This document shows, piece after piece, positions 36,112-45,408 of a stretch of DNA of 64,000 bases (position 1 is its first letter; every line of letters begins with the position of its first letter). The translations under genes were made by a program, and so were the position numbers. The notes under the pieces are model-generated. The model saw only the letters and a program-made list of their open reading frames with translations. It searched no databases and was not told where the DNA came from. The stretch spans positions 27,904 through 91,903 of the forward strand of contig NZ_JARZHH010000040.1 of NCBI RefSeq assembly GCF_029946515.1, read 5' to 3'. The stretch comes from Polyangium sp. 6x1. GTDB taxonomy: Bacteria > Myxococcota_A > Polyangia > Polyangiales > Polyangiaceae.

Positions 36112-36705
36112 TCAGTAGTAGAACGCGACGATCCCTTCGCCCTTTGCGGACGCCTCCTTGACCCACCTGCGCGCGGACAAGATGGCGTCGCGCACGTAGT
36201 CCGTCTCCGCGCGGATCTCGGTCTCCGCGAAAAGCTTGTTTCCCGCCACCACCTGCTCCGGGCTCCAGTAGCCGTGGTTCGGGAAATCGTCGGGGGGCGG
36301 GAACTTGCAGAGGGCCTTGCTGCAATAAAGATCGCTGAAAGGCAAGACCTCGTCGAGGCCCGAGCTCTTCCAGGCCGTCTCGACCTCCTCCATGAACGCC
36401 CACCGGATCGACGAAAAAGCATTGCTGTCGAGGTACCGGCCGAAGTGCTCGACGATCCGCTCGTACCCATACGCATACATGAACCCGTGTCCCTTCTCGG
36501 GGACCGTGCCCATGATCAATGCTTTCACCGCGTCGAACGGCGTCGGCGCACCGCCCGCGATCTCGGTCTTGAACCAGTCCGCCTGTCCGGCGAGACGCTC
36601 CTTGAACCGGCCGCAGATCTGCCGCCGTAGCTTGTCGTCGCCGCTGCCGAAGACGGGCTTCAGTTTATCGAACTTGACCGCATAGATCGTCAACCCGTAG
36701 CTCAT
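36112..36705 (-). CDS. DUF1877 (YfbM-like) family protein
   Basis: 197 aa. The N-terminus MSYGLTIYAVKFDKL and the C-terminus GEGIVAFYY resemble the E. coli YfbM pattern (IGYFAEIDSEKI ... DVVVSFIA). Its K/F/Y-rich composition is atypical for this genome. It sits 10 bp downstream of the PLP enzyme gene. Confidence 0.5.
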   Translation of the reverse strand: MSYGLTIYAVKFDKLKPVFGSGDDKLRRQICGRFKERLAGQADWFKTEIAGGAPTPFDAVKALIMGTVPEKGHGFMYAYGYERIVEHFGRYLDSNAFSSIRWAFMEEVETAWKSSGLDEVLPFSDLYCSKALCKFPPPDDFPNHGYWSPEQVVAGNKLFAETEIRAETDYVRDAILSARRWVKEASAKGEGIVAFYY

Positions 36706-36715
36706 TGCTGTTCTC

Positions 36716-37813
36716 CTACCGGATGCGGCCGCGCGCCGCGATGGGCCAGACCTCGACGAGTCGGTCGTCCTCGACCACGTGGAAATGGTCGTGCAGGTTG
36801 ATCGTCGTGTCGCAGTGGCTCGGCACCAGCAGGACCTTGTCGCCGACCCGCAAATCGCTTCCCTCGCCGTCGAATTCGATGCGGCCATGCTCGTCCCCCG
36901 CGAATGCATACCGCGCGCCCTCGATGCCCCGCACCCGCGGCGGGCCGCTGTCACTCGAGAGCGCCTTCATCCCCGCGTCCACGATCACGTCCGTCGTCCG
37001 CGTCCGGCTCACGACCGTGCTCAGGACGAACAGCGCCTGCTCGAATCCCACGCCCTGCACCCTGCCGTAATGGTCGTCCATCACCACGTACGAGCCCGGC
37101 TGGATCTCCGTGATGCCCGGGACTTCGAGCGCGAACGTCGAGGTGCCCGTGCCGCCCGTCGAGACGATGTCGATCGGCAGGCCCGCGCCGCGGAGGAGGT
37201 CCGCCGTGTCCGTGAGCTTCTTCATCGAGGCGCGCCATTGCAGTTCGCGCTCGTCGCGGCCCTCGACGTGCTGCAAATGCCCCTCGTACCCCTGGAGCCC
37301 GACGAGCACGAGGCCCGGCATCGTCGCCACCTGCCGCCCGAGCGCGAGCGCAGGCTCCCCCGGCAAAACCCCCGTGCGTCGCTGCCCCACGTCCACGTCG
37401 ACGAGCACCGGGATCTTCTGCCCGACCCGCGCCGCCGCGTCGGAGATCGCCCGCGCCGCGCACGCGTCGTCCACGACCGTGAGGACCACGCCGTGCCGCG
37501 AGAGCGCGAGCAGCCGCTCGATCTTCAAGCGCCCGACGATCGGCGTCGACACGAGCACCTCGGGGATCCCCGCGCGGATCATCACCTCGGCCTCGCCGAG
37601 CTTCGCCGCCGTCACGCCGATCGCGCCCGCCGCCATCTGCTTGTGCGCGAGCAGCGGGCACTTGTGGGTCTTCACGTGGGGGCGAAGGCGCACCGTGCCA
37701 GGGATGAGCCGATCGGCCATCGCGCGGATGTTCCGCTCGGCCGCCGCGATGTCCAGGATGAGCGCAGGCGTGTCGATGTCGCCGATGGCCTCGCCCCTCG
37801 TCCACTCGAGCAT
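36716..37813 (-). CDS. D-serine deaminase-like / alanine-racemase-fold PLP-dependent enzyme (DSD1 family)
   Basis: The N-terminal TIM-barrel motif LRPHVKTHKCP contains the PLP-binding Lys. The C-terminal beta domain has HCDTTINL. 365 aa, start at MLEWTRGE. Confidence 0.75.
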   Translation of the reverse strand: MLEWTRGEAIGDIDTPALILDIAAAERNIRAMADRLIPGTVRLRPHVKTHKCPLLAHKQMAAGAIGVTAAKLGEAEVMIRAGIPEVLVSTPIVGRLKIERLLALSRHGVVLTVVDDACAARAISDAAARVGQKIPVLVDVDVGQRRTGVLPGEPALALGRQVATMPGLVLVGLQGYEGHLQHVEGRDERELQWRASMKKLTDTADLLRGAGLPIDIVSTGGTGTSTFALEVPGITEIQPGSYVVMDDHYGRVQGVGFEQALFVLSTVVSRTRTTDVIVDAGMKALSSDSGPPRVRGIEGARYAFAGDEHGRIEFDGEGSDLRVGDKVLLVPSHCDTTINLHDHFHVVEDDRLVEVWPIAARGRIR

Positions 37814-37853
37814 GCTTGGTTCGTTCTCCTTCGTGCCGCGTTTCGATCGCGAG

Positions 37854-40800
37854 CTACGCCCCCATGTGCGCGGCGAGATCGAGGGTCCGCCGATGCTCGG
37901 GGACGAGCTCGACGAAGCTGCGTCGATGCGCGGGCCGCGTGAGCGAAGTCGCGCGCTCCTCGATGCGCCGCTTCGCGATGGAGAGCGCACGCCGCGCACC
38001 CTCCGTGTCCCCCGTCGCCGCGAGCGCCTCGGCGAACGCGAGCCGCACGAGGCCCTCGCCCTCCTCGGCCGCGCCGCCGCGCGCCGCGAGCGCGCTGATC
38101 GCCTTCTCCGCCATGTGCAGGGCTTCCCGCGCGCGCCCGCGCAAGAGCTCGACCATCGCGAGCACGCCGACCGCATACGCGTGGAGGGGCATGCCCGCGA
38201 GCGCGTCGGCGGCCGCGCGCGCCTCGGCGTCCGCGATGTCGAGCTTGCGCGCGTAGAGCGCGGCGATCGCGAGGTAGATCCGCGCGCCGGCCTCGAGCCT
38301 GCGGTTGCGCTGGAGGATGGCCTCGCGGATGCTGCGGGAAAGGAGCGTCTGGGCCTCGTCGATGCGGCCCGTGTGCGCCAGGGAAAACCCGAGGTTTTGC
38401 TGGGCCGCGCTCACGATCTGCGAGAGCCCCTGCGCCTCGCTCGCTTCGAGCGCGGCCCGCGAGGCGAACTCGGCCTCGACGTACGCGCCGATCGCGTTCA
38501 GCAGCGCGGCCTGGTTGCTCCGGTGGAGCGCGACGCTGCGCAGGTCGCCGATCTCCGTGAAGGCCTGGATGACCTGCTCCACCGCGGCGACCGCGCCGGC
38601 TGCGTCCCCCATCGTGTGCGCCCGCAGCGTGTCGGCCTCGTGGAGGCGCGCGCGCGTCGACGGCTCCCGCCGCGCTTCCTCGTGCCCCGCCGCGAGCTCG
38701 TGTAGCGACTCGGCGAGCTCGTGCCGGCCGAGCACATAAAGCGCCGCGGCGACGCGCGCACACGCGGCGAGCTGCGTCGGACGCGGCGTGGTCCGCGGCG
38801 CCGAGACGACCTCGGAGAGCGCCGCCGCCACGGGCTCGAGCGTGCCTGGATCGCCGAGCCTCGTCGCGCACGAGGTGACCTCGCTCGCGGCCGCGCACCA
38901 GGCGTCGGTGCCGCGCGAAAGGACGGTGAGCGCGCGCTCGGCCTTGCGCATGGCCTCGACGTTCTCGCCGCGCCACCGATGCGCCTCGGCCTGGATCACG
39001 AGCAGGCGGCCGAGATCGTCGCCGAGCGCGCCGCAGTTGATCCCGCGCTCGGCGCACGAGAGGGCCTTGCCGAGATCCCCGCCGAGGAGCGCTTGCTCGG
39101 CTGCGCGGGAAAAATGCGTGGTCGCCTTGTCGAGCTGGCCCGCGCGGAAGAGGTGCTCGGCGAGGCGCGTCGGATCGGGCTCTCCGGCCGCCGTGAGGCG
39201 ACGCGCCGCGAGCTTGTGCCCGAGCACGCGGTCCTCGTCGGTGAGCATCGCGTACGCCGCCTCGCGCACGTAGGCGTGCCGGAACGAGTACATCTCCACG
39301 ACGTTCTCGTGCCGCGTCAGGCTCACCTCGCGCAGCTCGAGCAGCTCGCGCGCGCAGAGCTCGCCGAGCAGCGCTGCCACGTCGCGCGTCTCCTCGCCGA
39401 GCAGCGCCGCCACGTCGCCTTCCGTGAACACGTCGCCGTAGACGCTCGCCGCGCGGAGCGCCCGCCGCGCGCGCGGATCGAGCTCTTCGAGCGTGCCTTG
39501 CACCATGGCGATCACGCTCTCCGGCAGCGCCTGATCCCGACCGCGCGCCGCCGCGCGCACGAGCTCTTCCAGGAAAAACGCGTTGCCGCCCGCGCGCTCC
39601 ACGATCTGCGTGATCACCGTGCTCTTCGCCCGCGGCCCGAGCGCCGCGCGCGCGAGCCTCTGGCCGTCGCCGTCTGCGAGCGGCGCGAGCGAGATCGTGA
39701 GCGGCGCGCGCGCGGTCCAGAGGTCCGGGAACGTCCGCGCGAGCTCGGTCCTGCCGAGCGCGAGCACCACGAGCGGCAAGCGCTGCGCGAGCGCCGCGTC
39801 GACGAGGTTCAGGCTCGGAAGATCGCCGAAATGAAGGTCTTCGAGCACGAGCAAGAGCGCGCCGGCGCGTCCCTCGGCGACCACGAGCTCCTCGAACGAT
39901 CGACGGATCCGGTCGCCCATCAACGTCGCGTTGCGCCGCGCGGCGACGAGCCCCGGGCGGCCCTCGTCCTCGAAGGGCAAACCCGCGGCTTCCCCGAGAA
40001 ACTCCGCCACGGACGCGGCGCGGATCGGATCGAGGTGCCGGCCGACGCGCGCTCGCAGCTTGCGCCGCGCGACCTCCAGAGGCTCGCCCGCCGTCACGTT
40101 CGCCGCGCGCCGCAAGGCCCGCGCGAGCAGGCCGAAGGACGATCCCGCCGCCATCGGATCGCCCTGGCCGATCCAGATCTCCACCGGCCGACCTCGCTCG
40201 GCGAGCCAGCGCAAGAGCTCGTGCCGCAGGCGTGATTTGCCGATCCCGGCCTCGCCCGTGACGATCACCGCCTGGGGCGTCCGCTCGCGCTCGGCCTCCT
40301 CGAAGATGCGCTGGATCGCGCCGAGCTCGACGTCACGACCGACGCACGGCGTGGGCCTGCCGAGCAGCGTCCGCGCGGGCTCGCCGACGTCGCGCTCGCC
40401 GAGCAGGAAGAGGCCTTGCTCGTCGCCGCTCACGTCGAAGCGCGCGCCGAGCAGGCCCGCGGTCACGTCGTCGACCGCGATCGCGTCGCGCGGCGCGCGC
40501 GAGAGCATCGGCAGGAAACACTCGATCGTCGAAGCCGCCGGCGCCTCGCCTGCGCTCTCGGCCGCGACGATCGCGGACCGCTCGCCGTCGACCCGCTCGG
40601 CGAACGCGAGCGCGCACTTCGCGGCCCGCGAGGCATCGTCCGTCGCCGTCCCCGAGCCGTGGAACGTCACGAGCTGGTGTCCGTCGAGCAGCTCGTCGAC
40701 CGTCCCGCCAAACCCCGCGGCCACCTCCGCGAGCGAGGTTTTTCCTTCGGAACCCGCGCCCGGCCCTTCCGGGAGCCGCACGATGAGCACGCAGCGCACG

Positions 40801-41687
40801 CGCCGCTCGTGCGCCCCGAGCGCGCCTCCTGGCAACGAGACGGCCTCGACCGTGGTCTCGTCGAGGTCCGCTTCGAGCCCCCGCTCGATCTCCAGCGCGA
40901 GCGCGCCTGCGTTCGCCGGCCGCTCGCCCGGCGCGCGCGCGAGCATCCGCGCGAGCAGCGCTTCGAGCCACGGCGGCGCGTCGGGCCGCAGCGTGCGCAG
41001 CCGCGGCGCGTCCTCGACGACCACGCGCACGAGGTACGCGAGCGAGTCGCCACCCTCGAAGAGCCGTTTGCCCGTGAGCGCGTGCAGCATCAGGCAGCCG
41101 AGGGCGAACACGTCCGCGCGCGCGTCGAGGTTCTGCGCGCCGCGCGCCTGCTCCGGCGCCATGTACCCCATCGACCCGAGCAAGACGCCCTTTTGCGTCA
41201 GCTCCTTCGTGGCACCGCCGAGGCGCGCGATGCCGAAATCGATGAGCTTCGGCCGCTCCAGATCTCCGTCGAGCAGGATCACGTTCCCGGGCTTCAGGTC
41301 CCGGTGCACGATCCCTCGCTCGTGCGCGATCGCGAGCGCCTCCGCGAGGTGACGGAGCAGCCGCACGGCGCCGTCGATCGGCAAGGTTTGTCGCTGGATG
41401 CGCCGGTCGAGGCTCTGGCCCGAGGCCCACTCCATGGCGATGTAGGGGAAGCTTCCGTCGCGACCGTGCGCCACATACCGCACGATGCCTGGATGCACGA
41501 GCGCGGCCATGATCTCCGCCTCGCGCTCGAATCGCTCGACGTTCGCCGCTTCGTCTTCGAGCAGGACCTTGATCGCGACGACCTCGCCCGTCGTGCGGTC
41601 CATCGCGCGGAACACGCGTGCCATGCCGCCTTGGCCGACGACTCCTTCGACGACGAAACGTCCGTCGACCACCTGGCCCGGAAGCAT
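37854..41687 (-). CDS. Multidomain Ser/Thr protein kinase (kinase + cyclase-homology-like + AAA(STAND) + TPR), third paralog
   Basis: Kinase motifs GQGGMARVFRA, HRDLKPGNVILL, DFGIARL. RRVRCVLIVRLPEG. Walker A GEAGIGKSRL, Walker B LLLVLEDLHF. TPR-like C-terminus. Start at MLPGQVVDGRF (41687) is chosen by paralog congruence; the raw ORF extends to a GTG at 41807. Confidence 0.85.
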   Translation of the reverse strand: MLPGQVVDGRFVVEGVVGQGGMARVFRAMDRTTGEVVAIKVLLEDEAANVERFEREAEIMAALVHPGIVRYVAHGRDGSFPYIAMEWASGQSLDRRIQRQTLPIDGAVRLLRHLAEALAIAHERGIVHRDLKPGNVILLDGDLERPKLIDFGIARLGGATKELTQKGVLLGSMGYMAPEQARGAQNLDARADVFALGCLMLHALTGKRLFEGGDSLAYLVRVVVEDAPRLRTLRPDAPPWLEALLARMLARAPGERPANAGALALEIERGLEADLDETTVEAVSLPGGALGAHERRVRCVLIVRLPEGPGAGSEGKTSLAEVAAGFGGTVDELLDGHQLVTFHGSGTATDDASRAAKCALAFAERVDGERSAIVAAESAGEAPAASTIECFLPMLSRAPRDAIAVDDVTAGLLGARFDVSGDEQGLFLLGERDVGEPARTLLGRPTPCVGRDVELGAIQRIFEEAERERTPQAVIVTGEAGIGKSRLRHELLRWLAERGRPVEIWIGQGDPMAAGSSFGLLARALRRAANVTAGEPLEVARRKLRARVGRHLDPIRAASVAEFLGEAAGLPFEDEGRPGLVAARRNATLMGDRIRRSFEELVVAEGRAGALLLVLEDLHFGDLPSLNLVDAALAQRLPLVVLALGRTELARTFPDLWTARAPLTISLAPLADGDGQRLARAALGPRAKSTVITQIVERAGGNAFFLEELVRAAARGRDQALPESVIAMVQGTLEELDPRARRALRAASVYGDVFTEGDVAALLGEETRDVAALLGELCARELLELREVSLTRHENVVEMYSFRHAYVREAAYAMLTDEDRVLGHKLAARRLTAAGEPDPTRLAEHLFRAGQLDKATTHFSRAAEQALLGGDLGKALSCAERGINCGALGDDLGRLLVIQAEAHRWRGENVEAMRKAERALTVLSRGTDAWCAAASEVTSCATRLGDPGTLEPVAAALSEVVSAPRTTPRPTQLAACARVAAALYVLGRHELAESLHELAAGHEEARREPSTRARLHEADTLRAHTMGDAAGAVAAVEQVIQAFTEIGDLRSVALHRSNQAALLNAIGAYVEAEFASRAALEASEAQGLSQIVSAAQQNLGFSLAHTGRIDEAQTLLSRSIREAILQRNRRLEAGARIYLAIAALYARKLDIADAEARAAADALAGMPLHAYAVGVLAMVELLRGRAREALHMAEKAISALAARGGAAEEGEGLVRLAFAEALAATGDTEGARRALSIAKRRIEERATSLTRPAHRRSFVELVPEHRRTLDLAAHMGA

Positions 41688-41849
41688 GGGGCGCCAAGTA
41701 TCCGCGCAAAGTTCGGCGCGGTCCATCCCCATAAAAGGGGCGGTTCTCGTGATGCGCGTCGAATTTTTGCTGTGTTCGGGGCGGACGCCCCCCGGCGCGC
41801 GCGTCACGCGGGCCGGAGGGCGGGGCGGGGGGAGGTGCGTCCTGTAAAA

Positions 41850-43361
41850 CTACGGGTTGGCCGGCGGCGCGACGTGCACGCCGCAACGATAGAACGTGCT
41901 CGCGACGTCGGCGTCCTGCGACGCCGCCTCGACCTTGATCTTCAGGCTGGTGACGCCGGACGGGACGTTCGCGTCCTGGATGAAGAGGTCCTTCGCCTCG
42001 GTCTCCGTGGACGTGCCGCCGGTGATCGGCATGTTGTTCGCGCCGAGCACCGAGACCTTGAGGCCCCGCAGGCCCGAGCCGGAGCGCTGACCGCCGCAGG
42101 CGACGCTGATCGTGGCCGAGCCGGCGGGCACGTCGACCGAGTAGTAATCGACGTCCGTCGGGGCCGCGTCGAGGTCACCGTCGACGAAGTAGCTCGTCGT
42201 CGTGCCGTTCGCGTTGGGCTTCAGGGCCTCGGGCATGTCGACGGCGTCGTTCGGGCCCGCCTCGAGCGGGTTCGAGCCCGTGCCGCCGTGGTTCACGAAG
42301 TAGAAATCGTTCTCCCCGGCCGTGGAGCCGGCCTTGCGCGTCATGAAGAACAGGTAATCGGTCCCGAGCTCGCAAGGCACGGCGATCTGCGCGGGCGTCT
42401 GGCCCGCCGTCACGTCGATCTGCGCGATCTTTTTCGTGGGATCCGCGGCCGTCGTCACGTAGGCAATCACGCCCGACGTGGCCGTCGAGCCGCTGCCCAC
42501 GGTGCCGCCCGGATAGAAGTCGAAGTTGCAGACGGAGCGATCGCCCATCACCTTCACGGCGTCCGCGGGGACGTTGAACTTCCAGACGTCGACGTCCGTC
42601 GCGCTGCTGTATCCGCCCCACTGGAGCGAGAGGTAATAATTGCCGCTCTGCGCGTTCTTCGCATACTCGACGGCCGTGGCCTGGGCGTCCGATTCGTTCG
42701 GCTCCACCTCGGCCGCGATGCTGTCGAGCGACGCGTCGAGGATGCCCGCGCCGATCGCGTAATCGTACGTGGTGATGTCGGCCGAAGGCGCGCAGCCCGG
42801 CGCTCCGCCCACCCACACGTTGCATTCGGTGACGCGCATGCAGTACTCGTCGTCGTCCGACGCGGGGAGGATCGTGTACATTGCGCTGTCGTTGCTCGAA
42901 CGCGGGAACGGATCGTCGTTCTCCGCGATCTGCACCCATTGCCCGCCCTGCTTCTTGTAAAGCGTGAGGACGAGATCCGGGTACGTGTTGTCGAATTCGT
43001 CCGCCGGGGGCTTCGCGTCCGTCGAGAGCAGAATGGCCTGGCCCTTCGCGCCCTTGAACTTGTAGAAGTCCTCGTCGGTATCGATCGGATCGAGCGTATC
43101 CTGCAAACCGGGATCGTCGAGGAACAGCTCCGTCGCGGTATCGCAACTCACGTTCGAATCGGCCGGCGTGCCGCCGCCGGAGCCCGATTGCGCGACGCTC
43201 GACGAGCTCGAGCTCGAGCTCGACTGCGAGGCGCCGCCGCCGCTGCCGCCCTCGCCACCGCCGCCGGTGGTGTTCGTCCCGCCATCACTGCAACCGGCGC
43301 CGGCCGCGAGGACGGAAAGCCCGGAAGAAATGATGAGCCCAAGCAAAACGTTCCTGCGCAT
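41850..43361 (-). CDS. Secreted lipoprotein with Gly/Ser-rich linker and beta-rich (pre-peptidase C-terminal / PKD-like) domains
   Basis: GGAGG lies 5 nt before ATG 43361. The signal MRRNVLLGLIISSGLSVLAAGAGC is followed by a poly-Ser/Gly linker (SSSSSSSSS) and about 420 aa with Asp-rich loops (DPIDTDEDFYKF). Confidence 0.6.
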   Translation of the reverse strand: MRRNVLLGLIISSGLSVLAAGAGCSDGGTNTTGGGGEGGSGGGASQSSSSSSSSSVAQSGSGGGTPADSNVSCDTATELFLDDPGLQDTLDPIDTDEDFYKFKGAKGQAILLSTDAKPPADEFDNTYPDLVLTLYKKQGGQWVQIAENDDPFPRSSNDSAMYTILPASDDDEYCMRVTECNVWVGGAPGCAPSADITTYDYAIGAGILDASLDSIAAEVEPNESDAQATAVEYAKNAQSGNYYLSLQWGGYSSATDVDVWKFNVPADAVKVMGDRSVCNFDFYPGGTVGSGSTATSGVIAYVTTAADPTKKIAQIDVTAGQTPAQIAVPCELGTDYLFFMTRKAGSTAGENDFYFVNHGGTGSNPLEAGPNDAVDMPEALKPNANGTTTSYFVDGDLDAAPTDVDYYSVDVPAGSATISVACGGQRSGSGLRGLKVSVLGANNMPITGGTSTETEAKDLFIQDANVPSGVTSLKIKVEAASQDADVASTFYRCGVHVAPPANP

Positions 43362-43424
43362 GAGACCTCCACAGAGAGGTCCTGGGTGCGAGGGCTTGTC
43401 GCCGCGCCGCGCCAAGGACCGAAG

Positions 43425-43438
43425 AAGAATACATTCTT
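43425..43438. promoter_or_regulatory. AT-rich palindrome AAGAAT-AC-ATTCTT about 65-75 bp upstream of the lipoprotein gene 41850-43361
   Basis: Perfect 6-bp arms with a 2-bp spacer in an otherwise GC-rich intergenic region. It is in promoter position for the minus-strand gene. Confidence 0.25.
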
Positions 43439-43536
43439 ACAGCCCTCGGCCGGCCCCATCAAGGACGAAAAACCGTTTTCATGCCGTGCGGTTCCGCTCG
43501 GGGTTCGATTTTCTCGTCGCGAGGCCCGATAATTTT

Positions 43537-44424
43537 TTAACGCACGACGGGTATTCCCATCGCCTGGCGCACGTCGTCGAACGCGGCCGTGAAGCGCCCG
43601 TCCTTGCCGCGTAACACGAGCGGCGGCTCGATTTCCGGGGCGCGAGCCGCGGCAGGGCGGCGCATCACATAGATGGAGAAAAGTGGGTCCTTGCCCTCGC
43701 GCGGGATGACGTCGCGGTAGCGCTCGAGCACGAGCCCGGCGCCCACGGCCGCGGCCTCGACGCGCGGGCGCTGGCGCGAGGCGGCGCAGCCGACGAACGG
43801 CGCGTCCTCGGCGAGCAAGCGCGCCGCGGCGAGGGCGTAGTCTTCGACGCCGCCGCGCCATTCGAAGCGGCACGGGCCGCATTGCACCTTGCTCGACTCG
43901 ATCCCCGTCCCCTTCGGCAGATACGGCGGCGTGCCCGTCACGAGCGACGCGCCTTCGAGGCCCGCGGTCGTCTCCGGGTCCCGGAGATCCCCGAAGCGCA
44001 CCGCGCACCGGTCGTCCACGCCGTTCCACGCGAGCGAGCGCCGCGCGAGGCCGAAGCTCACGTCCTGCGCCTCGACGCCCGTCACGCGCGCCTCCGGGAA
44101 GGCCCACGCGACGAAAAGGAGGACGGTGCCGATGCCGCAGCCGAGGTCGACGGCGCGGCCCGGCGGGGCATGGCGGAGCGTTTCGATTGCGTACCAGGCC
44201 GTGACGAGGTCGTCGGCCGACCAGCGGTGGCCGTCGACGCGCTGGAGAATGCGGAAATCACCGGCCAGGTAGCAGAGGTCCTCGCCGGGGCCGGGCCAGA
44301 CGTCCTCGCGATCGGGCGTCCGCGGCTGCGGGCCGGGGGCGATCCAGCCGGCGGGGCGGCGCGCGGGGCGCACGATGCCCGCGCCCTTGGTGGCGAGCTG
44401 GTCCGTGTCGGATGCAGGCTGCAT
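43537..44424 (-). CDS. SAM-dependent N6-adenine-type methyltransferase (tRNA m6A37 TrmN6/YfiC-like small methyltransferase)
   Basis: SAM motif I is VDLGCGIGTV. The catalytic motif VTGTPPY is the (D/N)PPY class of amino-methyltransferases. 295 aa. Confidence 0.7.
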   Translation of the reverse strand: MQPASDTDQLATKGAGIVRPARRPAGWIAPGPQPRTPDREDVWPGPGEDLCYLAGDFRILQRVDGHRWSADDLVTAWYAIETLRHAPPGRAVDLGCGIGTVLLFVAWAFPEARVTGVEAQDVSFGLARRSLAWNGVDDRCAVRFGDLRDPETTAGLEGASLVTGTPPYLPKGTGIESSKVQCGPCRFEWRGGVEDYALAAARLLAEDAPFVGCAASRQRPRVEAAAVGAGLVLERYRDVIPREGKDPLFSIYVMRRPAAARAPEIEPPLVLRGKDGRFTAAFDDVRQAMGIPVVR

Positions 44425-44668
44425 GGGAGCCGGTGTCTACCACGAGGGCCCGGGGCCGCGCCATTCCAACGTCGCCCGTCCCCGCGCCGGACGACCTCGA
44501 GGCGAGGATCGTCTGGATCGACGAGCAATACATGTCCATCACGAAGGAGCTCGCGCCGGCATGATCTTCCTGCTCGAAGAGTTCTGTCGGCACGGCTTCG
44601 ACAACGACAATCCCGCCGCGCCCTGCTATCGTTGGCCGTCGTGCACGAGTGATCAAAAAGGAAGACCC

Positions 44669-45352
44669 ATGGCCGAGCTCGTTTCCCTCGCCGAAGACCT
44701 GTGGGCCGCGGAGCACCCTGTGAGGATGCCCGGCGGCGTCCGGATGGACACGCGGATGACGGTGGTCCGCCTCCCGGGCGAAAAGCTCTGGATCCATTCG
44801 CCCATTCCGATCGACGACACGCTCGCCGCCGCGCTCGCGAAGCTCGGCACGGTCTCGTATCTCGTCGCGCCGAATCTTTATCACAACCTCTTCCTCGGCC
44901 GCGCGTCCGAGCGTTTCCCCGAGGCGCGTGTCTTTGCGCCGCCGGGGCTCAGGGAGAAGATCCCCTCGCTGCGCATCGACGAGGTGCTCTCCGGGGAGGC
45001 GCCCGCCGCGTGGGCCGGCGTCTTCGAGCAGCGCCACGTCGCGGGCGCGCCGCAGATGGAGGAGGTGGTTTTCCTTCACCGCCCGACGAAGACGCTCGTC
45101 GTCTCGGATCTCGTGTTCAACATCGAGCGGCCGGAAGGCCTCGCGACGAAGCTCGTGCTCACGATGATGGGCACGCGCGGAAAGCTCGCGCGGAGCCGGA
45201 TGTGGACGTTCATCACGAAGGACAAGGCCGCGTGGAACGCCTCGGTGCGCGAGGTGCTCGCGCTCGATTTCGATCGGCTGATCATGGCGCACGGGGAGGT
45301 CGTCGCGGAGGGCGCGAAGGATCGGGTGCGCGCGGTCGGCCTGTATCTTTGA
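44669..45352 (+). CDS. Conserved hypothetical protein (DUF4336-like)
   Basis: AGGAAG Shine-Dalgarno before ATG 44669 (MAELVSLAEDLW), 227 aa, balanced composition. The upstream part of the raw ORF overlaps the methyltransferase gene and is excluded. Confidence 0.55.
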   Translation: MAELVSLAEDLWAAEHPVRMPGGVRMDTRMTVVRLPGEKLWIHSPIPIDDTLAAALAKLGTVSYLVAPNLYHNLFLGRASERFPEARVFAPPGLREKIPSLRIDEVLSGEAPAAWAGVFEQRHVAGAPQMEEVVFLHRPTKTLVVSDLVFNIERPEGLATKLVLTMMGTRGKLARSRMWTFITKDKAAWNASVREVLALDFDRLIMAHGEVVAEGAKDRVRAVGLYL

Positions 45353-45408
45353 GCGTCCGCGCGTCTCGCCTTTTCGGGCGTCTCGATTCCGCGTATCTTG
45401 CCGCTGGA

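Noticed and set aside
40416-43532. 1038-aa plus-strand ORF
   Set aside because: It is antisense to kinase 37854-41687 and lipoprotein 41850-43361, both with clear signal or motif support. The product is R/D/V-rich low-complexity.
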